This document shows positions 41,614 through 51,949 of a DNA stretch of 64,000 nt, in pieces. Source of the DNA: a plasmid. The stretch lies in the sequence record NZ_CP067021.1. One strand, written 5' to 3'. Under the pieces are notes generated by a model. It worked only from the letters and a program-made list of their open reading frames with translations. It did no database searches and had not been told where the DNA came from. Both the position numbers and the translations under genes were made by a program. Each line of letters opens with the position of its first letter. The stretch's first letter is position 1.

Positions 41614-43245
41614 TTAAATTACAGCGATTTCATTCTTGCTTCCATTATTTCGAATTTGAAGTCTTGGAACCATTGAATTATTTAAGTAATCATAAATAAC
41701 CATTTCAGGATGATGCAGATCAAATGCTTGTCCAAACCATATACAAGCAGCATTGGATGCACATGGTAAGACATGAATTTTGGTAATTCCTTTATCTGTT
41801 AGACTATGAAATAACGCATGAATATCTTGCATGAAACTTAGTCCTCGTTCAGGATTTCTTATTGCTCCATTCCCCATATATTCTGGTTTAGCAGTAATAT
41901 TAATTACCGGATGTCCTAATTCAACAGCCTTATTTTTAGAGGTTTCTGGATCAGCAGTGAGATTCAATCTAATAGTAATTTCAGTACAATCTTCTATTTC
42001 ACTGAAATTATTAATTTCATACGCTTTGGTTGTACATATAAGATCAGGCCACATCCAACAACTTCCATCCCTATACATAAGCATAGGTATAAATTTCCCT
42101 TTATTTCCTAATTTACTTCCTAATGCTATTAGGCATGGCATAGGGCCGAAGCCAAAAATAGCTACTCTCTTATCATCAAATTTAGTTTCCCTAAGTAATT
42201 GTTCTGTTTGAACTTCAAATTCTTCTAAAAAATACTTTTTATAGAACTCATCAGCTGAAGCTCTTAAATGAGCTGGTAATGGTTCATGAATTAGTGTCTT
42301 ATCTTTATGCAAAATAGATTTTAATGGGAGAAGGCAGCTTGCAATATCACGTCGTGAAGGAGACTGAGGAATATTGCGATTCACGGGCCAGAAAAATAAA
42401 TACACTGGCATAGGAGTAAAGCTTAAAGAATCTAATAAATCTTCGCATTGTGCTGTGAAATTACTTCTCATTTGCGAGAGTCTTGAAGCTGTATATTCTG
42501 CGCCAGCAACTTTATCAATTAACCTATGATGTTTTTCACATAATAATAAAATATTCGTTGGATCATCTGATAGTTGATATGAGAAGAAGGGGATACCGCG
42601 AGTAGAATTTTCTGATGCTGCAACATTATGAGCTAAAACGCCATATGTACCTTCAAATCCAGTTATTTCATCTATGTTTAATTTTGCACCACATCCTTTA
42701 AACATACATCGGCCATGACTTGAGAGATAAATCTGGTTTTTATCTTTTTCAGATAAATCGTTACCCCTACCTGTAAGATGCTCAAAATCAAAAATTCTTT
42801 TTATGAAATATTCTAATTGGTTTACAGGGTTTGGTTTTTGTTTAGGAATCTTTCTAGGAACAAAATCTACATCTTTAACTTCGCTCTCTTGAGAGGAGGT
42901 TAAATTCCATGTTTCTTTTAACTTTTCAAAATCATGTAGAGTGTGGGCATCAATTATGTGACCTTGAAGAAAGCGTGCATAAATGGAAATTTTTTTGGCA
43001 AGCAATCTTCGGACAAAAGTTAAAGTATCATCATAATTGAGAATTATACGGAAAAAACTTTCAGGGCTTTTATTTTTCAATAAGACAAAAATTATATTTT
43101 TACGTTCTTCATCAACTAATACACCTAATGAATCTATACAAATATGCTTTAAAATTTCTTCTATATATTTATTTGCATTTGATAAATCATCTATTGCTGA
43201 TAAAGAAGTCTGTAAACTTAGGGATGGGTCTAGTTGCATTTTCAA
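41614..43245 (-). CDS. cap5: CBASS effector Cap5 (N-terminal HNH endonuclease + C-terminal SAVED sensor domain)
   Basis: HNH-like motif (LAHNVAASENSTRG...CEKHHRLID). C-terminal ~250 aa has SAVED-like architecture. Last gene of a CD-NTase/Cap2/Cap3 operon. Confidence 0.75.
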   Translation of the reverse strand: MKMQLDPSLSLQTSLSAIDDLSNANKYIEEILKHICIDSLGVLVDEERKNIIFVLLKNKSPESFFRIILNYDDTLTFVRRLLAKKISIYARFLQGHIIDAHTLHDFEKLKETWNLTSSQESEVKDVDFVPRKIPKQKPNPVNQLEYFIKRIFDFEHLTGRGNDLSEKDKNQIYLSSHGRCMFKGCGAKLNIDEITGFEGTYGVLAHNVAASENSTRGIPFFSYQLSDDPTNILLLCEKHHRLIDKVAGAEYTASRLSQMRSNFTAQCEDLLDSLSFTPMPVYLFFWPVNRNIPQSPSRRDIASCLLPLKSILHKDKTLIHEPLPAHLRASADEFYKKYFLEEFEVQTEQLLRETKFDDKRVAIFGFGPMPCLIALGSKLGNKGKFIPMLMYRDGSCWMWPDLICTTKAYEINNFSEIEDCTEITIRLNLTADPETSKNKAVELGHPVINITAKPEYMGNGAIRNPERGLSFMQDIHALFHSLTDKGITKIHVLPCASNAACIWFGQAFDLHHPEMVIYDYLNNSMVPRLQIRNNGSKNEIAVI

Positions 43246-43748
43246 TTTAACTCAATATAACCTAACAGTTTGATTTTAAAATTTTTTCTACCAATCCAGA
43301 TTCCAGTTTTTACTCTTCCGATTATTAAATATAAAACTGGGTCATTAAGATTGGTAATGCCATTTAGAACAGTATCTATATCCCTTAAATCGGTTGGAGA
43401 GGGTGTTGGTACATCTTCAGGATGTGTATGCCATAGGCCTTGAAAATTATAGAATTTTTTAGATTCGTTCCAAGCTTGTATTAAAGCATATTGGTGGGAC
43501 TTTGACCTAAAGAAAGACATACGTGTTTGACAGTCTCCTTCCATAGGAGAGGTAAAGCTTTCAATGATTTTAGCTTTAGTTTCTATGTCTGTTCTTCCAA
43601 TTAGAATGCCACCCGATTCTGGAGAATCTGATTCTAATTGTATAAATTGCTTTAAACTCTTTAAAACATTTGCTTGAATAATAAAGACTTGGCCTGTAGG
43701 TGTGTCACATTTAATCCTCCCTTGAGTTATGTATTGCAACATGGGCAT
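43242..43748 (-). CDS. cap3: CBASS Cap3, JAB/JAMM isopeptidase
   Basis: Perfect JAMM motif WHTHPEDVPTPSPTD (HxHx7SxxD). 4-bp overlap with cap5. Confidence 0.8.
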   Translation of the reverse strand: MPMLQYITQGRIKCDTPTGQVFIIQANVLKSLKQFIQLESDSPESGGILIGRTDIETKAKIIESFTSPMEGDCQTRMSFFRSKSHQYALIQAWNESKKFYNFQGLWHTHPEDVPTPSPTDLRDIDTVLNGITNLNDPVLYLIIGRVKTGIWIGRKNFKIKLLGYIELN

Positions 43749-45385
43749 ACTTCTTTATAAATTTCTTTTAAATTCAATATATTAATTCCATTTGAATTAT
43801 TTACTGAATTATAAAAAGGGGTAGTAATTATTCCATTTTTATTTGCATTCTGATTGTCGCCAGAAATAGAAACAAATCCTAATTGTTGATTCAGGACATA
43901 TTCAGAAATATAGCTTGCTAGCTTCATGCAATTTAAAGAAGAGAAGGGGGTAAATGCACCAGCACACCCTGTAATATTTTTAGCAATTAGCTGTCCAGAT
44001 TGTACATATTTATACATAGGGGTAAGACTTTTATTTGATTTTTCATCAAAATATAAGCAGTTTAAACATCCTACATGTTTATTATTGAAAGAAATAAAAT
44101 GTCCACCTAAATCATAAGGTTCTAACCAGCCTATTATTACTTGAATGTTTGCACTTATTTCATAAATAGTTTTTACGAGAGAAATCTCAGTAGGAGTATG
44201 GCCAATTGCTATGATGATAGTATCAATATCTTCAGTAATTTTTGATTTTATCCAGCTTTCACCATGGCTTACGAATGGAAAAATAGTTAATCCGGGCCTT
44301 TCTATTAAAAACTTATTAGCTAAAGAAGTAGATTTATAGGTATTAACATACTGCAAACCTAAAGAATGACGATAAATATTATCTGTTTTTAAAAGCTCTG
44401 GATCTATGAAAGAAAATTTATTTACGCCTGTTTGAGCTAATATCTCTGCAATCTTTGAGCCTAAAGCCCCACATCCGATAATCGCTATATGTCTTGTTTT
44501 TTTCTCTTGCCCCGTTCTATTTAATAAATAATCTATCCACGCTCTTTGTGTTAAAGAGACTTTAAAGCCTTTGAAGGATACTTTTTCTTTGAAAGAATAC
44601 CAAATGGCATAATAAAAAATCACATAAGCAAATCCATGTTCATTTGGAATTCCCACTAGGGCATAATGATTGCCTTGTTTTAACAAAGATCGTTTGTTCT
44701 CATTAGAGAGGGTATTAACAATTTTTAGAAAATAGTCCTCATTAAAATAATCTCCTATATCTGGTATGGGGAAAACAGAAGCATCTTCTAATAATATCTT
44801 ATGAATTTTTACTTTTGTGAGCTGGTTGTGGTTTATGTAAGAACTATCGCCATCATCAATATGCTCTAATATTTGATGATTCCCTTTTGATGATTTTCTT
44901 AACCAACCATATAAATTAAATGTAGAAGTAGGGTCGCAATGTAATATTACATCCTCATTTATATTTTGAGTGCTGCCTAAATATCCTTCTAGTTCGTTAT
45001 ACAAGCTTACTCGGTTGTTTAATTGAAAATTAATAAAAGATTGCTTGAGTATATCTATAGCCCTTTCAAAGAATTCAGTAATAAGTTCTTTATGTCTATA
45101 GCCTTCAAAGTTTTCACCTTGATGATCCGTAGTACAAATTTCCCCACTTTGACTCACATGATCTAAGGCAGACATTGGTCGTGTCAATATTCTAAAAATG
45201 GGAGGTATCGTCCAATTAGCTCTATTTTGAAAAATTAGACCAAGGCAAACCTGTTGTGTATTAATGAGAAAATCAAATTTTAGATTAACCCAATCCTTAG
45301 TAATAGAAGTGACATGGATATTTTGAGCTCCATGTTCACTTAATAGCTTTTCAATATTGTCTAACTTTGGGTTATCAAAAAACAT
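43727..45385 (-). CDS. cap2: CBASS Cap2, E2/E1 (ThiF/MoeB-like) fusion protein
   Basis: E1 Rossmann IAIIGCGALGSKIAEILAQTGVNKFSFIDPE. C-terminal CxxC...CPCC zinc motifs. N-terminal E2-like region. 552 aa, typical Cap2 size. Confidence 0.8.
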   Translation of the reverse strand: MFFDNPKLDNIEKLLSEHGAQNIHVTSITKDWVNLKFDFLINTQQVCLGLIFQNRANWTIPPIFRILTRPMSALDHVSQSGEICTTDHQGENFEGYRHKELITEFFERAIDILKQSFINFQLNNRVSLYNELEGYLGSTQNINEDVILHCDPTSTFNLYGWLRKSSKGNHQILEHIDDGDSSYINHNQLTKVKIHKILLEDASVFPIPDIGDYFNEDYFLKIVNTLSNENKRSLLKQGNHYALVGIPNEHGFAYVIFYYAIWYSFKEKVSFKGFKVSLTQRAWIDYLLNRTGQEKKTRHIAIIGCGALGSKIAEILAQTGVNKFSFIDPELLKTDNIYRHSLGLQYVNTYKSTSLANKFLIERPGLTIFPFVSHGESWIKSKITEDIDTIIIAIGHTPTEISLVKTIYEISANIQVIIGWLEPYDLGGHFISFNNKHVGCLNCLYFDEKSNKSLTPMYKYVQSGQLIAKNITGCAGAFTPFSSLNCMKLASYISEYVLNQQLGFVSISGDNQNANKNGIITTPFYNSVNNSNGINILNLKEIYKEVCPCCNT

Positions 45386-45394
45386 TGAGTTTTC

Positions 45395-46408
45395 CTAAGC
45401 AGATTTTCCTTCTTGAGTGTAATAAGTTTGTACTACTGGTTCGGACACTTCTTGTATTTCAGGGATAGGGAATTGTCTTCCAAAAGTTTTATTTAAAATT
45501 TTGCAAGCTTCTACTGTATCAGTTTCCTCATTTACAGCTTCTAAAGATGATTTTAAATCTTCAAGTTTTGATTTTAAGTGCTCCATTTGTTTTCGGGTCA
45601 ATTTTTCGAGTAAGTCTACACCTTGATGTGCAGGTAAATTAATTACGAGTCTGAAGTAATACTCGTTATTTTCTGGATCAATGCTAAAGGTAGTGAATTG
45701 ATCTAATACATTATTTACTATAGAAAGTAATACCTTATTATCATTCTCATAATCTTCAGCTGTTATATGCTCATATACAGCTGTAGTGATAGCAATACTC
45801 TTAAAAAAATCTAGACCTTTCTCATTTCGCCATTGTTTCAAGTAGCGAGTACATCGTCTAAACTGATGACGTAAATCTGAATCATCTTCAAATTTTCCCA
45901 AAATTGTATCGGTAAGTTCAGTAGGATTTGAAATATCCCAAGTCTTAAGGTCTTCAGAGGAGAATTCCTTACCTCGAGCTAGATACATATTGCCTTTGTC
46001 GTCTTCAGCGTAGATGGGCAGATCTACATGATAATCGGGACTACCATTTTTGAGATAAGTGACAGTTACGCAAGGTCGTTTGATCGTTACAGTTCTATTT
46101 GAATGAGTTAAAGCATCTCTAACAATTTTTTTAATTTCTACTGAGCCATATTCCTCTTTGTCACAATCTAATAAAACTCCTACATCAATATCATAATCTC
46201 CATTCTTAGGCTTAATCCCTGTGCCCAAGGCATAACTACCTTGATTAAAGTATTCAACAAATTGAGGACCATTTGGATCCTTTTTGAGTTCATCTTTTAA
46301 GGTGCTAATCAAAAGGTCACGTTTTTCACGTAATGTACTTTCTTCGTCATAACGACCTAATCGAATATTTGTGTGGAACTTAGCATAGTGTTTTTGTGGA
46401 TTCGCCAT
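45395..46408 (-). CDS. cdn: CBASS cGAS/DncV-like nucleotidyltransferase (CD-NTase, SMODS)
   Basis: Pol-beta NTase signature QGSYALGTGIKPKNGDYDIDVGV (GS...[DE]hD). First gene of the four-gene minus-strand operon. Confidence 0.8.
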   Translation of the reverse strand: MANPQKHYAKFHTNIRLGRYDEESTLREKRDLLISTLKDELKKDPNGPQFVEYFNQGSYALGTGIKPKNGDYDIDVGVLLDCDKEEYGSVEIKKIVRDALTHSNRTVTIKRPCVTVTYLKNGSPDYHVDLPIYAEDDKGNMYLARGKEFSSEDLKTWDISNPTELTDTILGKFEDDSDLRHQFRRCTRYLKQWRNEKGLDFFKSIAITTAVYEHITAEDYENDNKVLLSIVNNVLDQFTTFSIDPENNEYYFRLVINLPAHQGVDLLEKLTRKQMEHLKSKLEDLKSSLEAVNEETDTVEACKILNKTFGRQFPIPEIQEVSEPVVQTYYTQEGKSA

Positions 46409-47244
46409 ATTGTTGTATTCCTGTAGTGCTTTTGTTGTTATGGGGATCTCCTATATTAAATACAAGTTAAGACATTAAAAAAAATAGAATTTTTAAAGGG
46501 AAAATTTAATCAAAAAATATTTAAACAAACGATGAGATGTATCAATCTCCAATTTTTAGCATTCCTTCCCAACTAAAATAGTTTTGAGTCAAATTCTTTC
46601 TGGACATCGCCCATACACGACCATGCATCTTGCAAGGTCCAATTACGGCATCGCCACCACAGAGTAAAAAGAATGTTCAAAATAAACAGTCTAAAAATTC
46701 TGAATAGCCTTTTAGAACAGAGAGTTAAGGCACACAATTTAAAATAGTCAGTGAGCCTATCAAAATCCTCATGTATGAAACCTAAGAAGTTCGGCACTGT
46801 TGCAAATAGAGATTTGAGTCGATGATGTTCCCTTTAAAAAGTACTTAGAGACCGAAAACCCTGTTGATTAGACACACTTCACCCTGAGGCTGACCATAAT
46901 AAAATGACGATGCTTGTCCTTTACGTAGTGCACGCATGACTTCAATACCTTTAATTGTGGCATAAGCCGTCTTCATAGATTTGAATCCTAATGTGGCCCT
47001 GATGATCCGCTTTAGCTTGCCATGATCACATTCAATCACGTTATTTTTAAACTTAATCTGCCTGTGCTCAAGGTCTGGTGGACATTTACCTTCCCGTTTT
47101 AACCGTGATAAAGCACGTCCATATGTGGGTGCTTTATCCGTGTTGATCACTTGTGGAATTTGCCACTTCTTCACATTATTTAAAATTTTTCCAAGAAAAC
47201 AATATGCTGATTTGGTATTACGTCTAGAAGAAAGATAAAAATCA

Positions 47245-48030
47245 GGTGGTGTATCAAAAAGTATGCTAAAAAAAAGCAGGTTGAGTTTTGATAAAATAGA
47301 GAAATGCAAATAACTCTAGAAATCAAATGTCCAACCTGCCTCAGTGACAATATAAAGAAAAATGGCATCAAAGTAGATGGGAAACAGAACTACCAATGCA
47401 AAGACTGCAAACGTCAGTTTATTGGTGACCATGCTCTGAGCTATCTAGGATGTAATTCTGGCATTACTCGTAAAATATTACAGTTAATGGTCAGAGGCAG
47501 CGGTATACGAGATATCGCTGAAGTTGAGCGCATTAGTATCGGTAAAGTCTTACGGACTTTAACTGAATCGGCCTATCAAATTCAGCCTAAACAAAGTCAT
47601 TATGAATCTCTCGAAGTAGATGAATTCTGGACTTTTGTTGGAAATAAAAATAATAAACAATGGCTTATTTACGCTTACCATCGAGAAACAGGTGAGATTG
47701 TTGCTTATGTTTGGGGTAAGAGAGATTTAGCTACAGTCCAAAGGTTGAAGACAAAGCTTAAACAATTAGGTATTCACTACACCCGAATTGCAAGTGATCA
47801 TTGGGACAGTTTCATCACTGCTTTTAAAAACTGCAAGCAAAGTATTGGTAAGTTTTTTACTGTAGGAATTGAAGGTAATAATTGCAAAATAAGGCATCGA
47901 ATAAGGCGTGGTTTTAGAAGAAGTTGTAATTTCTCCAAAAAGCTTGAAAACCATTTTAAAGCCTTCGACTTAACCTTCTTTTACATCAATAATGGCTTCA
48001 TTTAATGTCAGCATACTTTTTAAAACACCA
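47245..48030 (+). mobile_element. IS1-family insertion sequence (~786 bp; ISAba3-like) with ~23-bp inverted repeats GGTGGTGT...AAAAAGTATGCT and an 8-bp target-site duplication AAAAATCA
   Basis: Inverted repeats at 47245-47267 and 48008-48030. Duplicated AAAAATCA at 47237-47244 and 48031-48038. Interrupts the IS6 tnp at codons ...TIDF. Confidence 0.75.
47304..48005 (+). CDS. IS1-family transposase (InsAB-like single ORF, 233 aa)
   Basis: N-terminal Zn-finger CPTCLSDNIKKNG...CKDCKRQF. InsB-like DDE region (...FWTFVGNKNNKQWLIYAYHRETGEIVAYVWGKRD...). Confidence 0.8.
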   Translation: MQITLEIKCPTCLSDNIKKNGIKVDGKQNYQCKDCKRQFIGDHALSYLGCNSGITRKILQLMVRGSGIRDIAEVERISIGKVLRTLTESAYQIQPKQSHYESLEVDEFWTFVGNKNNKQWLIYAYHRETGEIVAYVWGKRDLATVQRLKTKLKQLGIHYTRIASDHWDSFITAFKNCKQSIGKFFTVGIEGNNCKIRHRIRRGFRRSCNFSKKLENHFKAFDLTFFYINNGFI

Positions 48031-48407
48031 CCAAAAATCAATGGTATCGCCACGTTGATCGACTGCACGATACAGATAAGACCATCGTCCATTCACTTTT
48101 ACATAGGTTTCATCAATATGCCACGAGCTCAGATCTGTAGGATTACGCCAATACCAGCGTAAACGTTTTTCTATTTCAGGAGCATAACGTTGAACCCAAC
48201 GGTAAATAGTCGTGTGATCAACATTCACACCCCGTTCGGCCAGCATTTCCTGCAGTTCACGATAGCTAATGCCATATTTACAATACCAGCGCACAGCCCA
48301 AAGAATGATTTCGCCCTGAAAATGCCGACCATGGAAAGGATTCATATGCTGCACCTTTAGCTAAAACAGTCTTCAGCTTACCATTCGTGGTTATTTGCAA
48401 CAGTGCC

Positions 48408-49745
48408 AGCGAACTTGCCAGTCTCGAACTCGGCCCCGTGACCGAGATCGAGCAGACGCGCAAGCTGTCGGCCGAAATAGACCAAGATCGTTTCACCCGG
48501 ATCGACCGCGCCATGGCCGAGGAAGCCGATGCCCGTTTCCTCGACCTTCGCCATGAACCGGCAGCGCCGAGGCGGCAGTTCGAGCGCACCCTACGCCTGC
48601 ATCGTCTTACCAAGCTGGAGAAGATGGGACTGGCGACCGAGCACGCGCCCGGCGTTTGGGAATTGAGCAAGGACATGGAACCGGCCCTGCGCGAGCTTGG
48701 AGAGCGGGGCGACATTATCCGCACCATGCAGAAGGCGCTCGGCCCGCAGGGCGGCGAACGCGATCCCATGAGCTTCCAAATCCATGACGGAGCGCCCGAG
48801 ACGCCCATCGTCGGCCGCGTCGTGGACAAGCACCTGTCCGACGAACTGGGGGAGAACCTGACCGTTGTGGTGGACGGCATCGACGGCCGCACGCACCACA
48901 TCGCCGGCATCGCGCTCGAGCGGCTCGAGGACGCCCGCATCGGCAGCGTCGTCCAGCTCGGCCCCGCCGAGGCGGCAGCCCGGCCGTCCGACCGCACCAT
49001 TACCGCCATTGCAAAGGACGGCATCTATCGGCCGAGCCGCCATCTGGAGCAGGCCAAGTTCGAGGGCCGCGTTCCAGGCGGCGACTATGAGGGCTATGTC
49101 GATGCCCATGTGCGCCGGCTGGAGGCGCTACGCCGGGCCGGTATCGTCGAGCGGATCGACGCCGACCAATGGCGCATCCCCGATGATCTGGTCAGCCGTG
49201 CCGCCGCCCATGACGCCGGCCGAGACAGTCAGGCCAGCGTTCGCGTCCTTTCCCCGGTCGATCTGAACAAACAGATCGGATCGGACGGCGCGACCTGGCT
49301 GGACCGGCGGCTGATCCACGGCGAGACGGCCGACCTTGCGCCAACCGGCTTCGGGCAACAAGTCCGCGAAGCCATGGACCAGCGCCGCGAGCACCATATC
49401 GAACAGGGCGACGCCACCCGCAGCCGGGACAGCCGCGTCTTCTACCGGCGCAACCTTCTCGCCATCCTGCGGGAGCGCGAGGTAGCCGGCGTCGGATCGG
49501 ATATGGCTTTGAGTAAGGGCCTGCCGTTCCGCGCCGCCACGGACGGCGAGAGCGTCAGCGGCAAGTTTACCGGAACCGTGCATCTATCGAGCGGCAAGTT
49601 CGCCGTGGTCGAGAAATCCCATGAGTTCACCCTTGTCCCGTGGCGGCCGATCATCGACCGCCAACTCGGCCGCGAGGTTATGGGCATCGTGCAGGGCGGG
49701 TCGGTGTCGTGGCAGTTAGGGCGGCAGAGGGGGCTGGAACGCTGA
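48408..49745 (+). pseudogene. Truncated virD2-like relaxase gene (5' end removed by the IS6 copy). Part of the canonical virD2-floR-lysR segment.
   Basis: GC-rich (>60%) ORF whose apparent start lies inside the IS inverted repeat. Established floR context (ISCR2-virD2-floR-lysR). Confidence 0.6.
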
Positions 49746-49961
49746 GTGCGCCCATGCCGCATTGCGAAGCAAAAGATAATCGGATAAAATGTAGCAATTC
49801 ATATTCGTAAGCGTGGAGTAATCAGATGGGAAATTCCAAGTCAGCAGACAAGTAAGCCGCAACAACCAGTATTGTTGTTGCGGCGCTCTGTAAGGCTAGT
49901 CTCATCTGATTGCTGACGAGCAGACGTCGCCCGGTATTCCTTAATCGAGGGTTGATTCGTC

Positions 49962-51176
49962 ATGACCACCACACGCCCCGCGTGGGCCTATACGCTGCCG
50001 GCAGCACTGCTGCTGATGGCTCCTTTCGACATCCTCGCTTCACTGGCGATGGATATTTATCTCCCTGTCGTTCCAGCGATGCCCGGCATCCTGAACACGA
50101 CGCCCGCTATGATCCAACTCACGTTGAGCCTCTATATGGTGATGCTCGGCGTGGGCCAGGTGATTTTTGGTCCGCTCTCAGACAGAATCGGGCGACGGCC
50201 AATTCTACTTGCGGGCGCAACGGCTTTCGTCATTGCGTCTCTGGGAGCAGCTTGGTCTTCAACTGCACCGGCCTTTGTCGCTTTCCGTCTACTTCAAGCA
50301 GTGGGCGCGTCGGCCATGCTGGTGGCGACGTTCGCGACGGTTCGCGACGTTTATGCCAACCGTCCTGAGGGTGTCGTCATCTACGGCCTTTTCAGTTCGA
50401 TGCTGGCGTTCGTGCCTGCGCTCGGCCCTATCGCCGGAGCATTGATCGGCGAGTTCTTGGGATGGCAGGCGATATTCATTACTTTGGCTATACTGGCGAT
50501 GCTCGCACTCCTAAATGCGGGTTTCAGGTGGCACGAAACCCGCCCTCTGGATCAAGTCAAGACGCGCCGATCTGTCTTGCCGATCTTCGCGAGTCCGGCT
50601 TTTTGGGTTTACACTGTCGGCTTTAGCGCCGGTATGGGCACCTTCTTCGTCTTCTTCTCGACGGCTCCCCGTGTGCTCATAGGCCAAGCGGAATATTCCG
50701 AGATCGGATTCAGCTTTGCCTTCGCCACTGTCGCGCTTGTAATGATCGTGACAACCCGTTTCGCGAAGTCCTTTGTCGCCAGATGGGGCATCGCAGGATG
50801 CGTGGCGCGTGGGATGGCGTTGCTTGTTTGCGGAGCGGTCCTGTTGGGGATCGGCGAACTTTACGGCTCGCCGTCATTCCTCACCTTCATCCTACCGATG
50901 TGGGTTGTCGCGGTCGGTATTGTCTTCACGGTGTCCGTTACCGCGAACGGCGCTTTGGCAGAGTTCGACGACATCGCGGGATCAGCGGTCGCGTTCTACT
51001 TCTGCGTTCAAAGCCTGATAGTCAGCATTGTCGGGACATTGGCGGTGGCACTTTTAAACGGTGACACAGCGTGGCCCGTGATCTGTTACGCCACGGCGAT
51101 GGCGGTACTGGTTTCGTTGGGGCTGGTGCTCCTTCGGCTCCGTGGGGCTGCCACCGAGAAGTCGCCAGTCGTCTAA
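49962..51176 (+). CDS. floR: Florfenicol/chloramphenicol MFS efflux pump FloR
   Basis: 404-aa, 12-TM protein MTTTRPAWAYTLPAALLLMAPFDILASLAMDIYLPVVPAMPGILNTTPAMIQL... recognised as FloR. Confidence 0.95.
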   Translation: MTTTRPAWAYTLPAALLLMAPFDILASLAMDIYLPVVPAMPGILNTTPAMIQLTLSLYMVMLGVGQVIFGPLSDRIGRRPILLAGATAFVIASLGAAWSSTAPAFVAFRLLQAVGASAMLVATFATVRDVYANRPEGVVIYGLFSSMLAFVPALGPIAGALIGEFLGWQAIFITLAILAMLALLNAGFRWHETRPLDQVKTRRSVLPIFASPAFWVYTVGFSAGMGTFFVFFSTAPRVLIGQAEYSEIGFSFAFATVALVMIVTTRFAKSFVARWGIAGCVARGMALLVCGAVLLGIGELYGSPSFLTFILPMWVVAVGIVFTVSVTANGALAEFDDIAGSAVAFYFCVQSLIVSIVGTLAVALLNGDTAWPVICYATAMAVLVSLGLVLLRLRGAATEKSPVV

Positions 51177-51203
51177 CCGACGACTGGTAGCAGGCCCGCT
51201 CCG

Positions 51204-51949
51204 ATGCGGCGCACTAACCATCGAAACCTCGTGAATGTCGGTATCCTGTCTGGCAGGATACCGCTCATTTCCCTTGTTCAGTTCATCGCCGTCGCCGAGC
51301 ATCTGAATTTTCGGCATGCGGCCAAGGCACTTGGTATCAGCCAGTCGAGCGTCAGCGCGCGTGTGAAAGCGCTGGAGGATAACCTTGGTGTCCTGCTATT
51401 TGAGCGCCATGCGCGGGGCGTTCGGCTAACAGACGCAGGCAGGCACTTCATGGAGCGTGTCACGGCGGGTGTCGATCAACTCGATCACGCAGTGAAGACC
51501 GCAGGCATGACAGCTCAAGGAGAATACGGCCGGCTTCGCATCGGCATCCATGCCTTAATCCCACGCAGCTTTCTCACGGAGCTGATCCGTCATTATCGGG
51601 AAGAACATACGGGCATTGAGGTTGAGATCACCGAAGGCACAGCCCGCGATGCGGTGATGCAGCTTCGTGCTGACCAGCTCGACGTGGTGTTCGTCGCGGG
51701 CAAGCCCGAGATGCCCGACTGCCATACCCGACCGATCTGGACCGAACCGCTGGTGGCCGTGCTATCGGATGGGCATCGCCTCGCCGGGCAGTCCGCAATC
51801 ACTTGGTCCGATCTGGTCGGCGAGACTTTCATTGTTCGCTATGGTGGCACCGGCCCGCAGGTCCATGACCATATCGTGCTGCGCCTTGCCGGGCGTTGGC
51901 CCGCACCGTCGATCCGGCGCTTTGATGTGGGGCGCGACACGCTGCTATC
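51204..51949 (+). pseudogene. lysR: LysR-family transcriptional regulator, 3'-truncated by the IS6 insertion (the ORF reads through into the IS inverted repeat to 52079)
   Basis: N-terminal HTH LISLVQFIAVAEHLNFRHAAKALGISQSSVS. The last ~43 codons are IS-derived. Confidence 0.7.

Larger units (their letters stand above)
46793..48407 (-). mobile_element. IS6-family element (IS26-like; IS1006/IS1008-type, 14-bp inverted repeats GGCACTGTTGCAAA) interrupted by an IS1-family element
   Basis: Inverted repeats at 46793-46806 and 48394-48407. Transposase split into a C-terminal fragment (46845-47237) and an N-terminal fragment (48034-48354). Confidence 0.85.

Noticed and set aside
46573-46797. 74-aa ORF between the CBASS cdn gene and the IS6 inverted repeat
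   Set aside because: It overlaps the IS terminal repeat and the cdn promoter region, with no RBS. Probably spurious.
48387-48407. Apparent ATG start of the virD2-like ORF
   Set aside because: The start codon lies within the IS6 terminal inverted repeat, so it is a chimeric artefact. The gene is 5'-truncated.
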